DNA of 64,000 bases from Syncephalis fuscata S228 (lineage: Eukaryota > Fungi > Zoopagomycota). Shown here piece after piece: positions 13,557 to 27,500 of this stretch (positions are counted from its first letter, which is position 1; each line of letters starts with the position of its first letter). The notes under the pieces were generated by a model. That model was not told the DNA's origin. It worked only from the letters and a program-made list of their open reading frames with translations, and ran no database searches. Location of the stretch: positions 434,001 through 498,000 of the forward strand of contig JAHLTZ010000013.1 of the NCBI GenBank assembly GCA_025786725.1. The letters are read 5' to 3'. The position numbers and the translations under genes are program-made.

Positions 13557-13749
13557 TGATATTAAAACATATCAATTAACGAACAAAAGTTGAATCTTTA
13601 ATGGATATTCATAAAGTAATAGTATTATTAACATCTATAGCTTATGGCTCGTATTTTCCTTCTTTTTAAAACTGCGTTTATTCATATTTTCTTTTATGTT
13701 GCTATTCAACTATGGCAACGACGTAAATATCTTTTATACAATAAATTTA

Positions 13750-15456
13750 TTATTCTATCGCTTTAAATACATTTCTACTAGTTTCATAAGCATCACCTTG
13801 TTCTTGTAAATAGTTAAGTGCTTCAATAACCGCTCTTTTTGACACTTCAGCAAAATTCTTTTCAGATTTGATTCGAGCATGTATAAATTCAGCTCTTATT
13901 CCGCCTAATTAATTAATTAGTATTAATGATATGGATTAGTTAAAGGTATGGCTACCACTTACCTGGACATGATGATGATAGTAGTCGGGTAGCTTCGTAT
14001 AGATATTGACGTACACGTCGAGCAAGATTGCCTTGTGGCACGATACATGCATAGATCTGTTGTTCCAAATCTTCAATATAGATTTGACCCATAGAAATAA
14101 GTAAACCAAGTGTTCTTTAATTGCAACATCGATTTGTTGTCTTTTCTCTTCAGTAGTTAATCGAGTTGATGAAGATCGCTCGTTATTGTCATTAGTAGTA
14201 TTGGTGGTGCCGGTTTGACTATATTCTGCAGCCACAATACTTGAAGCAATAGAGTAAATAAATCTATATTGACGCAATTGATGTAGCGATATTGTACAAT
14301 GACCACGGAATTGTGTTGATGATCGACTGTCTTCAATCTCATATGGTACTTGGTTAATACGTGTATTGATATACTTTTGCATAACTATTTTTAATCCTTC
14401 TGGTGTATTTAGTCGATTTGCTAATAGATGGGGTTCCCAATTTTTCTATAAGTTAACAATTATAAAGTTAGCAATGGTAATCAAGTGCGACAGATTAGAT
14501 TAGCTGTTTAATAAAACTTACTGAAGTACCGACTACATTGACTGCTTCAATGTTAGATGGATCACTATGACCATCGATCGTATCAATAGTGCTACCATTG
14601 GCAGTATTGATGTTAGATTGTTGACTGTTGGTAATAGATTGGCTGTCACCAATGGTGCCGGTAGCTTTGCCAAATCGTTTGGCCGACTCCCAAATACACT
14701 GTTCAATTGCCGGTTGGCGTTCAATTACTTCTTCTGGAACAAATGGTGGTTTTGAGTATATATCGCGTTCAAGCTGTAGCACTTCAAGCCAGTGTAGTGA
14801 CTCGGCATTAGGATCATTAGTCACCGCTAATAGTTGACAAGTTGTATTCAATAAAGCAAATAGTAAATATTTAGCAATTAAAATGTGCATCTAATTATCG
14901 CTGTATACTTGCCCAAATCACCAATATCTATTTGACGTTCGTCATTAAACTCGGTTAATCGACCAGAAACCAATACTAAGTCACCGACACTTGGCAGTAT
15001 TATCTTTTTGTGTGATGCTTGATCGACTGCTGTTGTAGTGTTGTTATCATCGACATTGATCTTATATTTATTAAGCCAGTAAACCGTGACAACGCAGTCG
15101 GTGCCATCGTCCACTAAGGACCGCCATTGTTTGTTAAGTTTATGTGGCACTTTCATGTATTACTTTACTTACCAGTATACAAATGCATTCCCCGACGCAG
15201 TTCTACAGCTGTGACCACGCCAACAAGTGATACTTTTTGTATTAAGTGCGTTTTATTTAGTATGTAAATACCTTTTGTCATTGTATTCGTATCAGTTAAG
15301 TGAATGTGGCAATACTGCTAGTAAGTATTTAGCGTTTGAATGCTTACCATTTGTCGGGCCAGTGGTCAGTTCATGAACCTGTTTACATAGCAATTTGACG
15401 TTAAGCCAAAATAGCGGATTTAATCCCCAGGCTATTCCAGGAGGCAAATGATTCAT
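13750..15456 (-). CDS. STN1: CST complex subunit Stn1 (OB fold + C-terminal winged helix), multi-exon
   Basis: MNHLPPGIAWGLNPLFW..VKLL; KVSLVGVVTAV...ILVDDGT; GDLVLVSGRLTEFNDERQI; NDPNAESLHWLEVLQL..IY; last exon ...VIEALNYLQEQGDAYETSRNVFKAIE* is a winged-helix end typical of Stn1/RPA2. Confidence 0.8.
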
Positions 15457-15739
15457 ACTGTTGTTGTTGCTTAAATTAACAATGACTTCAATAAAAAATA
15501 ACAGCAAAAATGTTATCTACGTGTTTGTGTGCAATGGTCCATTTTGACTATTTTATTTAAGTACTAAATTATTAATATTTTAATCTACTATATTATCTGG
15601 CTGTTACAATAAAACGTTATTGTTATTTATTACTATTGTTATACTGTGATATAATCATAGCCGGATAAATGATCTAATTCAATTGCGCATTTGACTTGAT
15701 ATTACGTCGTATTATTTCACAATTAGTTATACTACACTG

Positions 15740-15920
15740 TAAATATGAAATTATTTACTTTTAGTTTAAACAAAATATAGTAACATGTATTGTCTGTGTT
15801 TGTAGAGAACATAAAATATTCAATAAAACTTAGTAATACTTGGCTACATATTTCAAGAAAAGACGCGTGTTTAAATGTAGAGTGATAAAACATATGGTTG
15901 GAAAATGATCAACCAACGAT
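15740..15920. repeat. Diverged inverted copy of ~45960-46140 (3' flank of the secreted kinase gene)
   Basis: gtttgtagagaaca..aaatattca...ttagtaat...ggctacatatt...gcgtgtttaaatgtagagtgata.aacatat is the approximate reverse complement of 45975-46080. Confidence 0.7.
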
Positions 15921-16189
15921 AGACCATCAAACTTGACACTAATTACAGTACTGGTACAGGAAAGTAGTGTAAGGACTAGAATGTTATGCAGTTCTGTAAA
16001 CCGCCACTAGTTACAGACAGAGAAAAGTACTGATGAGTGGGAATGTTTAGATAATGAAATAACGAAGACAGTTGCTGTTGAAGTAACAGTGCATATTGCA
16101 CCACAGCCATCATACTGACAGTTGTGCACATATAGTAGTAGTCATAATCGTAGATTGCACTGTTGTATATGCATGGTAACAGCATAAAA

Positions 16190-16590
16190 ACAAGTCAGAA
16201 ATGCACTTACCGTGTCAATAAAGCTGCCAATACCAATGATCGGAGTAATGAAGGTCAGATTATAAAAAAATAATGCAAGTACATAGTGTAGAAGGTGTTT
16301 GTACTTGACTATTAGTCAATCAAATACTGGTACTATCTATATATCATATATGGAGTATACAAGTATATGCAATGGATGTATACTATCAAGTGTAAAGAAA
16401 AAGAAAGAAAATGTAGTGACGTAGATTGTGAGATGTGAATTCTGTCAGCCAATATTTATAAAGACGTAAGCTTAATTTATTAATAAATGCAATGTAAATA
16501 ATAAAAGTCAATCTACCCAGCATGTTGGTACATCATAGAACAGATTAACAGTAAATGAATAAACGCATTAAAAATAAAAGTCATTTGACC
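16190..16590. repeat. Dispersed ~400-bp repeat, copy 2 (see 7290-7720)
   Basis: Same conserved blocks as 7290-7720, same orientation. Confidence 0.85.
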
Positions 16591-16923
16591 TTTAAATTAC
16601 AATATAATTCAATAGTCTGGCCATTATTAAAATTCACCACTTAGTTCCATATCCAATAGAACGAATTTGTAGTTTAATTGCATGAATGTTATTAAATGTA
16701 GTTATTTGACCACTAAAGCATACCAAATATTAATTAATATTTAATATTGGCATATTATTAGTATATTTGCATAAACAACTGAACAAATAATTAGTATTAC
16801 CGTTAAATTTCAATGTAGATGTAATTATATTAAAGCTAGTTATGCTATGATACTATTTGTGAAAATAAAAAGCTACTTTTATTTAGCAAATAAAAAAGAA
16901 TAATAAATAATAAAAATATGCTA

Positions 16924-17660
16924 CTACAAACCAAGTGCTAAATTGTGTATTGCGATCCTAATCTTGCGAAATATAAACAGTTCTTGAATATAATCTATAA
17001 AAGTGGTATAAGTAAACGATACATGTAAATCAATTATAGCAGTGATGCCTGCTGCATAACTACACCAAGACAAGCAATTTGGAATAGTTACTCTGCATAA
17101 ATACAAAAACCAGCAAGCCAGCGCAAAATCATTTGTATAATACCACCGGACAGAATCCCAGCCCATAAATATGCAGAATAGGCTATTACCACTGCTACTT
17201 CATAGCTGCTTAATTATAAAGGCTACTGTTTACGTCATTTATATACAATCTTTAGCACATATATACAGCATAAAACTAACAGCAGCTGCCTAAGCAACAC
17301 TCTATCTGTACCATCAAAATATCAAATATCAAGTATCAAATACCAAGTATTAAAATTGGTGTTAAGCAGTGGCTCAACAATATCTTCAAGCACAGCCTTC
17401 ATGTTGCACCGACAACCAAATAACTATACCAATGTAATTACCACAGGCAAGCACATAGTAAACACCCATATTCACTAATCAGTATAGCTAATTAACCATA
17501 TAGTATTGAAGCACCTTATGTAGCATATTGGAATTATGCCACAGTATTACATAGTTGTAGCCGACTATGTGTCTAAGAATGCTACCAAATCACACAGCCA
17601 AAAAGCACAACAGTACTGCCCACACAGATTCGTTTACTTAGCTTAGGTATGCAAAACAGT
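16924..17660 (-). pseudogene. Possible degenerate membrane-protein gene relic
   Basis: Higher GC than flanks. Minus-strand frames give hydrophobic segments interrupted by stops (e.g. SYEVAVVIAYSAYLWAGILSGGIIQM). Family not recognised. Confidence 0.25.
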
Positions 17661-18838
17661 AATTAGCAGCAATCTTGTGATTACTAAAGTCTAACAAGTA
17701 AAAAGTGTACTGAACAATAGACAATGGTATGAAAAGACAAAAACGCAATGCTTGGTTCGGGGAAAGTGGCAAAGTCATTTTATGTGGCAAAAAATCGAAA
17801 CTGGTGAAAAGCATTCACGTTGCATAATTCAGTTGATAAAGCCTAATGGATAGATACTGATATTCGCTCATACTAACAACAGCTACATCGGCAAATAGTC
17901 ATAAATAATTGATTTGTTTGGACATATCCATACTCACTGTGCGTTATTAAGTGCACGGTGCTGGTTGTTATCAGGATCCAAGCCAATCCAGCCAATTAGA
18001 CTGTTCTTTTTGTTATGCCTTCCATACCCATTTAGTTTGTTGCATTAGTCATTCCAAAGCTTCGGAATCATCTTTACGCTTTTTTCCGCACACCTGAATT
18101 TACCTGTTTTGTAGTATGACAAATGCAACTTGTTATACTTTCATAACTAACTGTACAAATAATATGACAATGTGCATAATTAATATATTTGTTTATTGTT
18201 TATATTTCTATACTAATAAAATGAACATAACTATCGTTCGATAACTATCGTAAAGTGGGCAATTGATAAGATCTGAAACCAACACAAAATTGCGTCATTG
18301 ATGGCTTAATTAGACCGTTTTGCTAGTAGACCCGTAGCCGGACGATAACGACGATAAGAAATTGGGGCAATATAGCTTCTGAGCAAAAGCAAGAATCAAC
18401 ACTATACCTAAAGCAGCATTATACGTTCTAATGGCAAAGCGCTATGACCAAGATACACGCCGTCACAAGTCCTTTGTCGGTCTTTATTTGACTAAGCCCG
18501 ATATGTCGGTATCGGAGGTTCTACCGGAGTGTTTAAAGTGCATGTGCCGTTTTAAAATAAATTGTTATTGAAAGCAGTAGCAAGTGCAAAAACAATTGTT
18601 ATATGACAGTGCAAAGCAATCAGCTAAAGACCATACCGCAGTAAATTGTGTAGAGCTAATGATGCTTTTGTGATAATATGGCATAGTATGGCTAGCCCAT
18701 AAGACAATGAATAAAGTGTGCAATGCGCAAATATAAAAATAAAATACCAATTGTGTTTCTTCCAACTTACTGTCAGTATATCGTTGTTTATCCGAGCTTG
18801 TTTATTGTATTTTTACTACACTATCTTTTAAAAAAGTA

Positions 18839-20534
18839 ATGGCGTCTATTTCCGCCGTACAAAGGAATACAGATGACAACAGCTCCGATTACGAGAAGGT
18901 AAGTGTTGTATAAGTAGTATATGTTTATTGAAGTTTAATGCGCATACTCATATGTAGCTTATCGCTGCCAAATATCATGTAACAAACCGCCGAATTGGAT
19001 CGTAAGTTATATGTATAAGCAGCCATGCATAGCTAATTGATTATTACTACTATAATACAGAGGCGGTTTTGGTAGCGTCTACTTGGCTACTGCTCTTAGT
19101 TCACGCGAGCCTGTAGCAGCTAAGATGGAGAAAAAGTCCGCTGAAAAGGGAAGTCTTTCTCTAAAGACTCCCTTCAGCTACATTCGTGAGAAGAGTGCCT
19201 TGGAAGTTCTTCAAGGCCACACAAACATTGTTCGACTGCTTGAAGCGGTTGAAACCAAAAAATATACCTATATATTTTTGGAGTATGCGTGGGGTGGCGA
19301 TTTGCATAAATACGTGCAAAAGCACCACCCACTTTCAGAAGATATCTGCAAGAGCATTTTCTGGCAGATCTCTGTGCTGTGCAAGTAAGTTATAATAATA
19401 TTATATACATATATTGGTATTAACAGTGAAGTAGCATATGCACGCCAATAATATCGTACATTGCGGTAAGTAATACAATAATTATAACACATTTAGCTAA
19501 TAATAATTTGCATTTTATATTGCATGTTAGATATTAAAGTAAGTATTTTATTTATAGCTATTTGTAATAACACACGCTAACATTGTTTTAGCTGTTAATG
19601 CACTGGTCATGGATGACGGTGCTAATCCGAAGATTGCGCTTGCAGATTTTGGCCTGGCGCAAACGATCTTAAGCACCGAGCCAAGATTTACCAAATGCTG
19701 CGGCACAAAAGGTACATGGCCCAGAGGTGTTATTGCGCACCGGCTTTAAAAAAGATGTATTAAATAAAATAATCGGATACAGCCAGGAATGCCAAGAAGG
19801 CATTAAGACATTTGCTTCTGGTCAGGATGGTTATAACAAGGAAGCAGATGTTTGGAGCTTAGGTATTGCTTTGTTTTACTTGTTAACAAGTAAGTACATA
19901 ATTCAAATATAAAATAATAGTAATAGCTAATATATGTTTTTAGATCAATTGCCTTACAATAACGGCAGCCATATCACGTATATTACTGATGTATTCAGTA
20001 ATAAACTTGATCTGGCGAATGTTAATCGGCCAGACTTAAGCCAAGACGGTAAGTAACAATACATTAAATAGCGGACAATACTAATTTTATTATAGCCAAA
20101 CATTTGCTTCAAGGGCTGCTTACCATCGATAGTACCAAGCGCTGTACTATCGATGAAGCCTTAAACAGCGGATGGTTTAAGGAAGCATCTTGCAGCGAAG
20201 ATGGCGCTCAAGATGTGGCTGCTGTACTGTTGCTACTCCTACAGCTTCAACATCCACCATCCCAACTATAGCACTAACGACATACAGTCAGTCAGCTGTA
20301 GTATCAACATACAGCCATCCAGTTGCAGCATCATCATCCGATAAGTTGGCTGCAAATGTATCGGCTGCGGTCTCGGCAACGTTTAATGTTGCTTATTGAT
20401 TCCAAAAGGCGTAAAACGCTTACGCTCTTTTGAATCATTTGAAGAAAAGAAGAAAGCTAAACGCGCCCAAAAAAGTAGGTACCATTTAATATCTATATCC
20501 AAATACTAACAAACAAATAGTCACTTCGCTTTAA
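18839..20534 (+). CDS. CAMK-like Ser/Thr protein kinase, ~8 exons, several apparent 1-nt deletions (errors or recent pseudogene)
   Basis: Spliced motifs IGS|GGFGSVY, VAAK, H.NIVRL, IFLEYAWGGDL, IVHC|DIK|(P)VN, LADFGLA, CGT..YMAPEV, ADVWSLG, R.TIDEAL...WF; basic C-terminal tail KRLR...KKKAKRAQK. Last intron 20475-20520, stop 20532-20534. Confidence 0.8.
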
Positions 20535-20714
20535 TTAGTTCTATTCTCACTTTATTTGTACTTGCTTTTAATAAAATATGTTGTATACTATTATAATTCT
20601 TTAAGAATATATTCAAATTAAGTTACATTTGATATAGTCTATTCAATGTAATTAAATCAGCATAATTAAAACGATTTGTCTTTTATTAACAATGTATTGG
20701 CAATATAATTATAA

Positions 20715-21900
20715 TTTGGGGTCAAATGACTATTCTTAATAATATTTGCGCAATTGAACTAAATATTTAATTTATTGAACATGGAGACAAGTGGTAAGTT
20801 TTATTAAATAGACAAATCATCACATATACTATGATTGGTGATCAAATGCTACATTTAATAACATTCAACTATTGAGCATGATGGTGGGTGGTGAGTGGCA
20901 TCAAAGTTAAAATACTCATCATCATAGATTCATTATCCAGTATGCACATATTCAATACACATATATCCAATATTCATATATATCATTTCTATTCTATTCC
21001 ACACTACTATAAATCATTCTATGATATACTAGACACATTCTATTGTTTATATGTATCAACACACTCTACTCATTCCCCTCATTATGCTATATGCGCTATA
21101 ACTTCAACATCGTTTTATGTGCTTTCTTACCGTACATTTATCATTTTATATACTATTCTATACTCGCCTACCCTTGTTCTACCCAAAACTGTTTTTATTT
21201 TTGTTCTAGCTTTATTATTTATAAATGTTGACTAATTCCGCTCATTGATCATAATACATGCTCAATAACTTTGACATAGCTAATCGTCATTTCACACCGT
21301 ATATTCTTTATATTGTATATCATTTTATTGTCTAATAGCTACGCACTACCTATTGTAGTTGGTTTTTTGCTGCTAGCTTTATTGTTTGTAAACTTTGACT
21401 CATTTCGCCTATTCATTCATTAGGCCATATGCACTATAGTTTAACATAGCTAATTGCCACTCTGTATTGTATATTTGCTATATTGTATATTACTTTATTG
21501 TATAGTACATATGCGCTATTTATTACAACTACCGTTTGTTTTAGTCTTATTATTAATAAACATTTATTTATTCGTTGATTAAACTATATGTATTTGAAAC
21601 ATATAACAATAGTGTGTGTCTAGTATATTATAAATGATATATAGTATCGTGGAATAGAATGGGAATGATATAGGTGAATAAAGGATATATGTGTACTGAA
21701 TATATGCATACTAGATAATGAATCTATGATGATGAGTATTTTAGACTTTGATGCCACTCACCACCCATCATCATGTCAATAGATTTAATATTATTGAATG
21801 TAGTCATTTGACCACCAAATCATAGTATATGTGATGATTTGTCTATTTAATAAAACTTACCACTTGTCTCCATGTTCAATAGATTGAATGTGCAGTTCAA
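20715..21900. mobile_element. Foldback/MITE-like element: head + satellite (+) facing an inverted ~300-bp head (-)
   Basis: 21595-21900 is the approximate reverse complement of 20755-21060 (tattgaacatggagacaagtggtaagttttattaaatagacaaatcatcacatatactatgatt matches exactly). No transposase and no clear TSD seen. Confidence 0.6.
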
Positions 21901-22316
21901 ATACATTTAATTTATTTATTTTATTATTAATACAGCATAATAGATGATTATTATTCATATATAAAATCATATTAATAATATTACTAATCGTTAACTTGTC
22001 CATCTATTGTGCTGGTGTACAACTAATAGACTAGCATCTAGAGTGTATATTAGCCGTAGTCATTTCTATAGTCATTGACCAATAACTTCATTTATAAAAA
22101 ACAATATCATACGTCAGTGGTGTCACAAATCAGCATCTACATCACACATATCAACGTATAACACGGCTCTTCTCGCCCCCAATACATACGTCTTGGTTTT
22201 ACTCACTTTTTTCTACTTCAACCTTGTGAATAAAGCACTGCCTACCCTCGTAACTATTGCTTTTTGCTTGCTCTCTACACCTAACAGCAACAACAACAGC
22301 AACAACACGGACGACA

Positions 22317-24419
22317 ATGGCTTCAAGTGGCAACAACTTTCACGATGTTGATCGTTTGGCGATCAATACTATTCGTACGCTAGCGATCGATATGGTACAA
22401 GCGGCCAACAGTGGTCATCCTGGCGCTCCAATGGGCTGTGCTCCAATGGCCCACGTATTGTTCTCGCGTCATTTGCGCTGCAATCCAAAAAACTCGTTGT
22501 GGTTTAACCGCGATCGCTTCGTTCTATCCAACGGCCACGGTTGTGCACTTCAATACGTGCTGCTGCACCTACTCGGCTACAAGCTTAGCCTTGATGACTT
22601 GAAACAGTTCCGTCAGCTAGAGAGTAAAACACCTGGTCATCCGGAATCTGCTGACACCGACGGTATCGAGGTGACGACCGGTCCACTAGGACAAGGCTTC
22701 TCTAATGCCGTCGGCCTTGCTATTGCCGAAGCCAATTTGTCTGCTACGTTTAACCGCGATGGATTCCCTATCGTCGACAATTACACGTATACTATACTCG
22801 GCGATGGCTGCCTACAAGAAGGTGTCGCATCTGAGGCTGCTTCGCTAGCTGGCCATCTTAAACTAGGTCGTCTTATCGCGCTCTACGACGACAATCATAT
22901 TCAGATTGATGGTGACACAGCTCTAAGCTTCGACGAGGACGTTATTAAGCGATTCGAAGCCTATGGCTGGCATACACTTGTTGTTGCAGATGGCGACAAC
23001 GACCTTGACGCGATTGACCGTGCCATTGCCGAAGCCAAGCGTGTTACCGATAAGCCAACGCTCATTAAAATCCGCACGACCATTGGTTTGGTTCAGGAAA
23101 GGCTGGTACAGAAAAGGTTCATGGTGCGCCACTTGGCGATGCCGATATTGTCACGGTTAAAGAGGCATTTGGTTTTAATCCTGAACAAAAGTTTTTTGTT
23201 CCAGAGCAAGTAAGCGAGCTTTACGGCAAGATCTGTGCTGCAGGCGAACGACACGAAGCCGACTGGAACCAGTTGCTATCTAGCTATAAGACAAGCATGC
23301 GATGAGGTAAGTGAATGCTGTATACTGATGAATATATGCTAATTGCCAATATAGGCTAATGAATTGGCTCGCCGTATTGCAAAGAAGCTACCTGATAACT
23401 GGCGTCAACATTTGCCCACTTACACTCCATCAGATGCGGCCAATGCTACTCGTAAATTGTCAGAGACAGTCATTAATAAGATTGCCGACGTTTTGCCCGA
23501 ATTGATTGGTGGATCGGCCGATTTGACTCACTCCAACTTGACGATTTGGAAAACAGCCGTTGACTTCCAAGCTAAGGGCAGCTCTTTGGGCCGACCAGAT
23601 GGCCGTTACTTGCGCTTTGGTGTACGTGAACACGGTATGGCAGCCATTCTTAATGGTCTTAGTGCCTATGGTGCTATTGTACCATTTGGTGCTACCTTCC
23701 TTAACTTTATCAGCTACGCTCTTGGTGCTGTGCGTCTTAGTGCTCTTGCAAAAGAACGTGTTATTTATATTATGACCCACGACTCCATTGGCCTCGGTGA
23801 AGACGGTCCTACGCATCAGCCTATTGAAACGCTCGCTGGTCTACGTGCCATGCCTAATCTCAATGTTATCCGTCCAGCCGATGGTAATGAAGTGTCAGCT
23901 GCTTACGTGGCGGCCATTGAGTCGCTAGAAACACCAACAGTCATTTGTTTGACTCGTCAAAATATACGCCAACTTGATGGCTCATCCATTGAGAATGCTC
24001 TGCGTGGTGCCTACCGACTTGCTCACGGATCGGCTAAGCCACAAATCATTCTAGTTGGCACCGGTTCCGAGGTAGAGATTTGTGTCGATGCAGCCACTGA
24101 ACTCATTGCCGGAGGTATTGAGGCCCATGTTGTATCGATGCCTTGCTGGGAACTATTCGATAAACAGTCTGAAGACTACCGTCAATCGGTATTCCCAGCT
24201 GGTGTGCCAGTACTTAGTGTTGAGGCCCTCTCCACGGTTGGCTGGTCTCAATATGCTCATGCTCAATTGGGTATGCACACATTCGGTGCATCTGGCCCTT
24301 ACAAACAAGTATACGAGCATTTTGGTCTAACTGCAAAGAATGTTGCAACCAAGGCCCGTGCCACCGTAGAATTCTACAAGTCAGAACCAGTTACTAATCT
24401 TGTAAAAAAGCCATTCTAA
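22317..24419 (+). CDS. TKL1: Transketolase (intron ~23307-23353; apparent 1-nt deletions at ~23087 and ~23295)
   Basis: [78 protein letters not shown]. Confidence 0.95.
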
Positions 24420-24596
24420 TCAATGGTAATTACAACATTAATTACGTATCAAATGTGGTTTAATTTTAATGATAATAAGAATAAACTACTAACAGGATAC
24501 AATTTATATTACTATTATTATAACTAATACTAACTAATGTGTTTATATGGTAAATATATCTGACACTGTTTCAATGTTTACTTAAAATTTAGATAA

Positions 24597-27500
24597 TTAA
24601 CTCGGCTGTACATCAAACTCTAATTCTCCATTCAAATGCACAATATTTGTACGAATATCTTCCACATGACACGCAAGTGTATAACGACCACAGCGTAAAA
24701 AGTAGACAGGCAATTTGTACTCGTAGTATTCATTCGGTTGGATCTAATAAACAATATAAATAAAATATTAAAATTATTGGTATATCACTTACTTCAGGAA
24801 GAATACATTGAAGTTGGCCACTCCATAATACGTGTTGTGTAAGATGCTGCTCCTTTTGTCCATTACAATAATCCAGTGATGGTTGAGCACGGAAGAATAG
24901 TTTGCTAGGCAAATCTACCACACGTATTAATATTACTATCATCAAGTGCTACATAGCCATTACCATTATTATTAGTCAATCTAATGACAAGTGTAAAGAA
25001 TTGATCGACTTGACAAATAAATCGACCATCAGCTGAATCGATCACTTTATCGCCCAAGGTTAATGACGATTTAAATACAATATCGTCACTTTTTAGCACA
25101 TCAAGCATTGGTTCAGTTAATCGAATGGCCCTCAAATCAAACCTGCCCTCTTTACCAGGTGACTGTATTATGTCATCAATTAGTGTTAGTGTTAACATTG
25201 CCACCATGTCTATTACTTACACAGGTCCAATTTGCGGTTATTCGCTGTAGCATATGTTCTTTGTACCAAAACAGTTGTCGTGTTAATTGTTCTTCTTTCA
25301 TACTGGGCTTTGGTCCTTTGTCAACAACAAATTGCTTATTTACTAAAGGAATCGGCTGTTCTGCCTCTGTCTTCAATCCAAGTCGTTCAACAGGCAATAG
25401 AATTCTAATACAATAAATACATGTATCCATTAGCCAATAGGCCAACTATAGTAACCAATATAGTCTAATTACCTTTTTGCCGATCCTGGCTGAAGTGTCA
25501 CTGAAGTAAGTGCAATAACCTTATCGCTATCTATTTTATTACTAATCATATTGATATCTGTCATATTAATTATTGCTGCCTCTTCTCCTTCTTCATCTCT
25601 ATTTAATGTCGACAGTTCTTTCGATACCAATGAAAACTGTAAATGAAATGGTGTTGACCATATATTACGTATATCAAGTGTAAGTAGACACCATTGATCA
25701 CGTCGATCCTCAATCACTTGATTGATCATGCCCATAGCATCTGTATTGCTTAATGGTATGTCCCGTTGATTTACCGCCAGTACATCAGCATTTAACAATT
25801 CAAGCGTACGTCTAACTGTTAACAGTACTGGAATTGATAACTGGCGAGTATAAACAATATTGGCCGTTGTATCTGTTGTATTTGACAATAGTTCATGGCC
25901 ATAGTCAACTTGAATAGTGCCACCCGTACTATGAATATCGTATTAATCACTATAGAATACTGGTGTCACTATTAATTAACTACCTATTTCTTTTGCCATA
26001 GAGTCCAATTCTAAGATCAAATGTATGGCCTGGTTCAATAGTAACCTTTGTCTCACTCTCTCCGGTCTATCGGTTAATGGCCATTGAAAAGCGTGTGTAT
26101 AGGCAAGGAATCTATCCTGTTCATATGTATCCTCCTTTGATGGCCGTAACTGATGATTGCTAGTGGGTGGCGGTGTTGGATTCTCAGCAAATGTTGGCAG
26201 TACAAAATTGACAACTTCTCGTCCAATATTCTCAAGTGTAATAGTCATGGTCGTGCTTAGCATTAATACTGTATTAGTTTATATTATTTTACAGCAAATA
26301 TAAACTTACGCTTCGCCTTCACATAACATAACTGCGCCATGATTCAATGTTGTGTTTTTAACACGAACTAGTGGCATTTGTTGAATTACTTGTACCTCAA
26401 TTGAACTAGCCATACCAGCTGGAGCTGTAGCAGTGGCTGTTGTGGTCGCTGGTGATAGTGGCTCATTATCTGCTGGTGCTGTTTTACTATCAAGCTGGTT
26501 ATTGATTGACATGCCAAATGCTTCCAGACCACTAATAATCAATAGTGTCAGTATCAATAGCCAGACTGATTAACAAATCCATACCTTCGTTTAGGCCGTT
26601 GTTGAAAGGCCAATTCGTTTTGCGTCTTTCAATCATTTGAGCATTATTGCCCCCTCCACTGCCTCCACCTGCACTGTCATCGTTATCGTTTTCATCAAGA
26701 CTTGGTCGAATGTAGAACTCTTGTCGAATACCGCCAAATACTACAACTGAACAACCAATAATAGACAATTGACCAGCCTCTTTAGGTGTGCCAGATAATC
26801 GAAGTGTTAATGGTGCACCAGCTGGTATAAGTGCTACAGCTGGTTCTGATTCAAATGCCAATCCCTTTGTACTATTATTACAACAATTAATATACAATCA
26901 ATACACAGTATATATATATATATTAGCTTACACAAGACGGATTTCTTGTAGTTCAAGATCAAATGCAAATGGATTCCATAAAGTTACCATAGTATAGACG
27001 GGCTCATCAACCACCCATATAATCTAATTATATATTCATCTGTATTAGTTAAACAATCATATCAATATGATGGTGTCCTACTTTACTAGTATCTTCATTG
27101 GACTTCTTGGCAAATGGATTGTAGATAAACGGATCTGTACCTGCTTGTGTACCGCCATCTGTTCGACGTTTTCTTAGATGTGGTCTTCGATGGTCAAGCG
27201 GCCTAATCGCTATCATTATCAACTGATAAATATTAAGCGGTAAGCTAACTTACTTGCACGCCTCTAAATGACGTAGAAATCCATTGTGCCAAAATGCATT
27301 GTAAAATGCCTTACGTGCACCACTATTAATGGCTGCAATAACCATTCGGTGCATAGAAGAAGCAACACGGGCCTGGTCATCTCTGTGTAGATAGTCACGT
27401 CTTCTACGTAATAGCTGTGTTGTATAATGCACCATTCGATCATAGTCTATGTAATGTATATTTGTTTAATTATCTGTTTATTTATTCTAATATGGATATG

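Noticed and set aside
13750-15456. Functional link between STN1 and the putative telomere-like palindrome
   Set aside because: More than 20 kb away among unrelated housekeeping genes; proximity is probably coincidental.
22317-24419. Transketolase, GPAT, fungalysin and ABCC as pseudogenes or programmed frameshifts
   Set aside because: Each break is a single missing base in a short homopolymer, with otherwise intact conserved sequence. Sequencing error is the simplest explanation.
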